Shown here: one piece after another, positions 59,862 through 64,000 of the stretch
How the letters are laid out: every line of letters begins with the position of its first letter
Position numbering within the stretch: position 1 is the first letter of the stretch
Source: Entomortierella parvispora E1425
Taxonomy: Eukaryota; Fungi; Mortierellomycota
Reading direction: 5' to 3'
DNA: 64,000 nucleotides
NCBI GenBank assembly: GCA_020891255.1
Contig: BQFW01000008.1
Span: 682,001 to 746,000 of the forward strand
Notes under the pieces: model-generated
Databases searched by the model: none
Seen by the model: the letters and a program-made list of their open reading frames with translations, nothing else
What the model was told of the DNA's origin: nothing
Translations under genes and position numbers: made by a program

Positions 59862-60330
59862 GGAAAGCAGTCATGGATTTACATGGCCTTGGCGGCGTCC
59901 TTCTGACACGATCGCGCCAACTGACCGCGGTCAATTGATGTGCCACAGTACTATTGCCACTTTGCCAAGGGATCGATGTCGCAGCGTCGCTCAACCTCCT
60001 TGTCTAGCTATAGCCGACATCATAGCCTGTATTGACCCCTAACAATAAATTGAAAAAAAAAATGAAAAAAAAGGCCAGTGGAGCGTCGATCTCCTTGCGT
60101 GAGAGCTCATCTCATACATGTAGATTACATCGCGATTGCACGGACAGACTTGTGAAGAATATAACTGAGTGTAATGTAGGCTATGCTGTATTTATTTCAA
60201 CTTCTGGTCTGGGAGGTGTTATACAAAGATGAAGGTAGGAGTACAAGGGGTATGGAGGATAGATGAATGCTTGTAGGCTTTGGAGGATGTGCCCTAACCT
60301 GGTTAGAGACACGCCTCATTGTTCAACACT

Positions 60331-60528
60331 CTACATTCTGATGTTGCCGCGCATCATCACACCAGTGCCGACTGCGTTGTTCATAGCAAAGTCAAGGGCT
60401 TGCTCGGGCGTCATCTTCTTGTTGAATGGAATGGGTCGACCAGTGTTAATCGAGGATCGGGGCGTCTGGGCTGGGGTCACTGCAGCAGAGGCGGTCTGGT
60501 TTTTCTTGGAGGACTTGAAGAAAGGCAT
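60331..60528 (-). CDS. Microprotein family, divergent member (65 aa, MPFFKSSKKNQ...MMRGNIRM)
   Basis: Clear family motifs; TATAAAAG upstream at ~60640. Confidence 0.8.
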   Translation of the reverse strand: MPFFKSSKKNQTASAAVTPAQTPRSSINTGRPIPFNKKMTPEQALDFAMNNAVGTGVMMRGNIRM

Positions 60529-61772
60529 GGTTGAGAGACTTGTTTTTGCTTGTTGCTGTTGAGGCTGTTGTTTGCTGTTGAGGCTGTTGTTTGCTGTTGA
60601 ATGGAATGAAGAGTTCTGTAGGCGAGGAACCGGGGCCTTTTATACCTTCCAAGAGCTGGACGTTGCGAGCTGCGGCAATTGCCTGGGCATCCAGGACACA
60701 CGATAGCTTCGCCTGCGGCATATCTCCAACGCTTCCAGAACGAGAAGACATGAATGGACGTCAATGGCATTGGCGGTGCGTTGGCACGGGGATTTTTTTT
60801 TGTTTGTTTTGTTGCCTTCCTTTCTTGGCACACATTTGAGATTTTTGCAACCCTAAAAAGTCTCCGTTGCGCACGAATGTACCAGGGAAATTAAACTTTT
60901 TCTTTTCGGTTTTTCCTGGTCTGGGTGTCTTGGCAGGGTTGGCATGCCGCGGGGGTGGAGGTAAACAAAGTGTCATTGTCATTTAGAGGAGGACTTACAT
61001 CCTGGGTGGTTGAAGTGATCGTCTCCTGCGGAACCGAGATCTCTCGCCGCTGTTCTTCGACTGAATAAAACTGCTACAGGAGAGGGTGGATGACCATCAT
61101 GCTTTGCCAACTTTCCTCCTAGTTTCTGACGTATAGGCAGACTTGGCAGTGGCGAGGGCGATACCGCAAGCGCGCCGCCTTCCGAGCCTTGGCCGCCTGA
61201 TGTGTTGTGCGTACCATCTGGAATGTGCCAGATGCCTTTTTATTTTTGTTTTTACACGCAAAGGCAAATGGGGTAGGAGTAAAAAAAAAAAAACATTCAT
61301 CAATTGAAGTCGACTGGCGGAGGAAAGGGTGGGGAAGCGTGAACAGCAGTTTTCTTCATATTTCATAGTTGATAATATGGTCTGCTTCTGTCTGTAGGTA
61401 CCTTTTTGCTCTTCTTCATCGAGTCGGTAGGATATAGCTCAACAAGTACAGAAGAAAACACACAATAGGGAGACGGCATGCAAAGAAATCCGGAGGCACG
61501 CGTTCCAAACAGGCTGTCAGTTCTTCCGGCATTCTCCATTGCGGTGTGATGCAAATAGAGTGATCTCAATTGCTTGCAACAGAACCAATACAACATTATG
61601 AACACAGTCCCTTCAATTGCTGGTGGCGTGAAAGAGAGCGAATATAATACTTGATATGTTTTTTTTTATTGTCGAAAGGTGGTATGGCCACATGTGGTTT
61701 GTGCGGTGCAGAGCCGTGTCGAAATCAAGTTGACCGAAAGGTGAACTCCGAATGAAGACCTTTCGACCTTTC

Positions 61773-61991
61773 TTAGGCGATGAAAGGTCCCATGCTAGAA
61801 CTTGCCATGTTGTTCTTGGTGAGCAACTCCACAGCTTGCTCGGGTGTCAGCAAGGTCCCATTGGTGGTGGTGGTTTTTGGACAGAGACGCTCCAGCGACG
61901 ACCGAGAAGGGGAGGCCATGGCTCTTGCAGCGGTCGAAGAGTTGCCACATTGTCTCTTGGATGCGGAAGACGAGAACTTAAAGAAAGGCAT
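61773..61991 (-). CDS. Microprotein family, divergent member (72 aa, MPFFKFSSS...LTPEQAVELLTKNNM...GPFIA)
   Basis: MPFFK start, SPSRSSL and TPEQA helix; TATAAG upstream. Confidence 0.7.
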   Translation of the reverse strand: MPFFKFSSSASKRQCGNSSTAARAMASPSRSSLERLCPKTTTTNGTLLTPEQAVELLTKNNMASSSMGPFIA

Positions 61992-63851
61992 GGTACAAAA
62001 GGTATGGCTTTTTTGGCTTCGAAGAAAACGATGTGGTGGGTTGCTTGGTTGAGCGGTGCGTTTAGTTGCTTGGATGGCGGACGAAGAGTGCGGCCGCGGT
62101 CGTCTTATATGCGCAAGCTTGGTGTTGGCCAATACCATCGTCTTCTTGGTTGGCAACAAACCCCCAGCCAGCGCGTGCAATGTACATCACCAAGTGAGGT
62201 AACGCTTTTGCCGAGCAATTAGTAAGGGCCCTTGACCCATGAAAGGACACCAAATCTGACTAAGAACAAATCAGGGGACGGTCAAGACAACGAGGCGTAG
62301 AATACGCGCGTGCTTCCATGGACGTGGAATGCGTCACACAGCACTCTTTTGCCTTCTATAGTTGGCAATCAAAAAATTCAACCTTGCATCCACGCATCGG
62401 TCATCAACTTCCTTTTCGGCAGAGGTTGCCGCCGAGATGTTTTTCCATCATGCCCTTCTCGTAGAGGTATTTTTGATGCAAAATATAGTCCCATTGCTTG
62501 TCTAATACGATGTTTTCGTCGGCATGGTCTAGCCGAGTCGCCATATCTAGAATCGTCTTTTCTTTTTAGAGCTCTCCAGTTGTTTTCAAGCATCTGGGCA
62601 GAATCAAAGATGATCTTCCAGCCAACCAAGGCTAGTTTATTGCAGTTACTCCAGGCAGTTGGGAGAACGCGAGTAACAGTCTGTTGCCCGCGAGTCTTTG
62701 AGATAAGAGTCAGCAATAGAGAATAGTGGCTCAACAATCGGCGGTGCATGTTGAACTGGCGCTCGGCTCTATTCTGATTGATTTTTACAACTGCCTTTCC
62801 GTCCGTCCACTGATCGCCATTCGCCTCCACACGATAGCGTAGACGATTTTTCCCCATCCAAGCGACAAAGCAGAGCACCGTGCAGAGGTGCTGGGACTTG
62901 CTGTTGAATTGGGCGTACTGACCTAAAGAGCGGAGAAATCTCCGATTCAAAAGAAAGGCCTCAAAAAAAGCCTATGGAAAAATCAAAATCATTGGAAAAT
63001 AAGCGTTGGACCAACGGAGGGACCTGCATCGAGCATTCTGTGCGGACTCAAAGGTCCAGAGGAATGGATGGTCCTAAAAGAGGACCCGTTCATATTTGTG
63101 GTTCTGCTTGCTCGCAGCAGGGGATTGCTCGGCTTTCTTCATGGCAGTTGTCACGGAGAGTTGCCACCAGTGCGCCAGTGCGCCACCAAATTTGTAGAAG
63201 AAAAAAGACCCCTCTCACATCGATCAATTGCGACACGCAGGTCAATATCTGCCTTCTTTTGCTTCAAGGTCAGTCTGGTGGATAGCCCATCGTCCTCTCA
63301 AGCATTGTCTGTGACCAGCGCGGGGACATCTGATGCAGATAATCTTTGCGGCAAAATATCCATGCCCCGCTCAAGGTTACTTTCTCCTCAGCCAGCTGGC
63401 GGTGAACGTTCAGCCAAATAGATTTCGAGTCGGGGTAGAAAGGCGCTTGGGACTTTCTAACCCCTGTCATTGGTGATTTCTGCCCAAAGCGTTTTGAACG
63501 TTCAATCTTTTTTTGGGTGGACGGTCCACATCGTCTGGATAGCTTGCACGTTGGAGACTCGGACATCCTTTCTTGGTATTTTTGGGTGGGTGATCCTCCC
63601 CGCAATGGCAAAAGCAAAAAATGACGGCGCATTGACCCAATGCGAAGGTAGATGCGATAAAAACAGGGAAGCCTCTTTTGGTCGCGTCCCCAAATAAATA
63701 CCGGGTCCCTCCCCCTGTCTTTCTCTTCACTCAACAACCAAACACCAAAACCCCCCTCCTCCAACTTCTAACAAGACTCTCTCTCTTTCCTCGTACACTC
63801 AGAGACCTTCACACTTCCTCCACAAACAAAACCCCCTCACACACTCCAGCC

Positions 63852-64000
63852 ATGCCTTCCTTCCTCAAGAACTCCAAGAAGAACAAGACCGCTTCGGCCG
63901 ATAACACCCCTGCTCAGACTCCTCGTACTTCGATCCACTTGTCGAGCCCTTCAGACATGACTGGTATCCTCAATTACAAGACCAACTCTCACAAGCAGAT
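63852..64000 (+). CDS. Microprotein family, divergent member, truncated by the window end (MPSFLKNSKKNKTASADNTPAQTPRTSI...)
   Basis: TPAQTPRTS motif and A/C-rich leader; head-to-head with 61773. Confidence 0.75.
   Translation, partial: MPSFLKNSKKNKTASADNTPAQTPRTSIHLSSPSDMTGILNYKTNSHKQ

Noticed and set aside
62378-63460. 190-aa minus-strand ORF and neighbouring frames as a gene or TE relic
   Set aside because: Non-ATG start, no recognisable motifs or splice support; needs blastx.

Overview
Eukaryotic (fungal) DNA with GT-AG introns and CTAAC branch points. The gene content suggests an early-diverging fungus of the Mortierellaceae type (inference). Ordinary genes: an AGC kinase (Nrc-2/Fpk1-like), a multipass membrane protein, a GH18 chitinase with CBM5/12, an F-box/LRR protein, a PacC/Rim101 C2H2 factor, a patatin TAG lipase and a Pho4/NUC-1-like bHLH factor. 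Two unusual systems stand out. (1) A family of 28 intronless microprotein genes of about 62-92 aa (core sequence MSFFKSSKNQSASAASTPAQTPR...GNI[R/H][L/M]). 22 core copies lie in three arrays of strictly alternating head-to-head pairs, built as palindromes, with promoter and coding modules shuffled between copies and PacC-type GCCARG sites in the spacers; 6 further copies are divergent. (2) A 7.6-kb AcademH-type DNA transposon (52262-59861, perfect 9-bp TSD). Its ~1.02-kb terminal inverted repeats contain the first four exons of BOTH the RecQ-like helicase and the transposase, so the two proteins are predicted to share an identical ~135-aa N-terminus. A ~600-bp foldback/MITE-like element is also present. 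All exon models and alignments were done by eye; no database searches were run.
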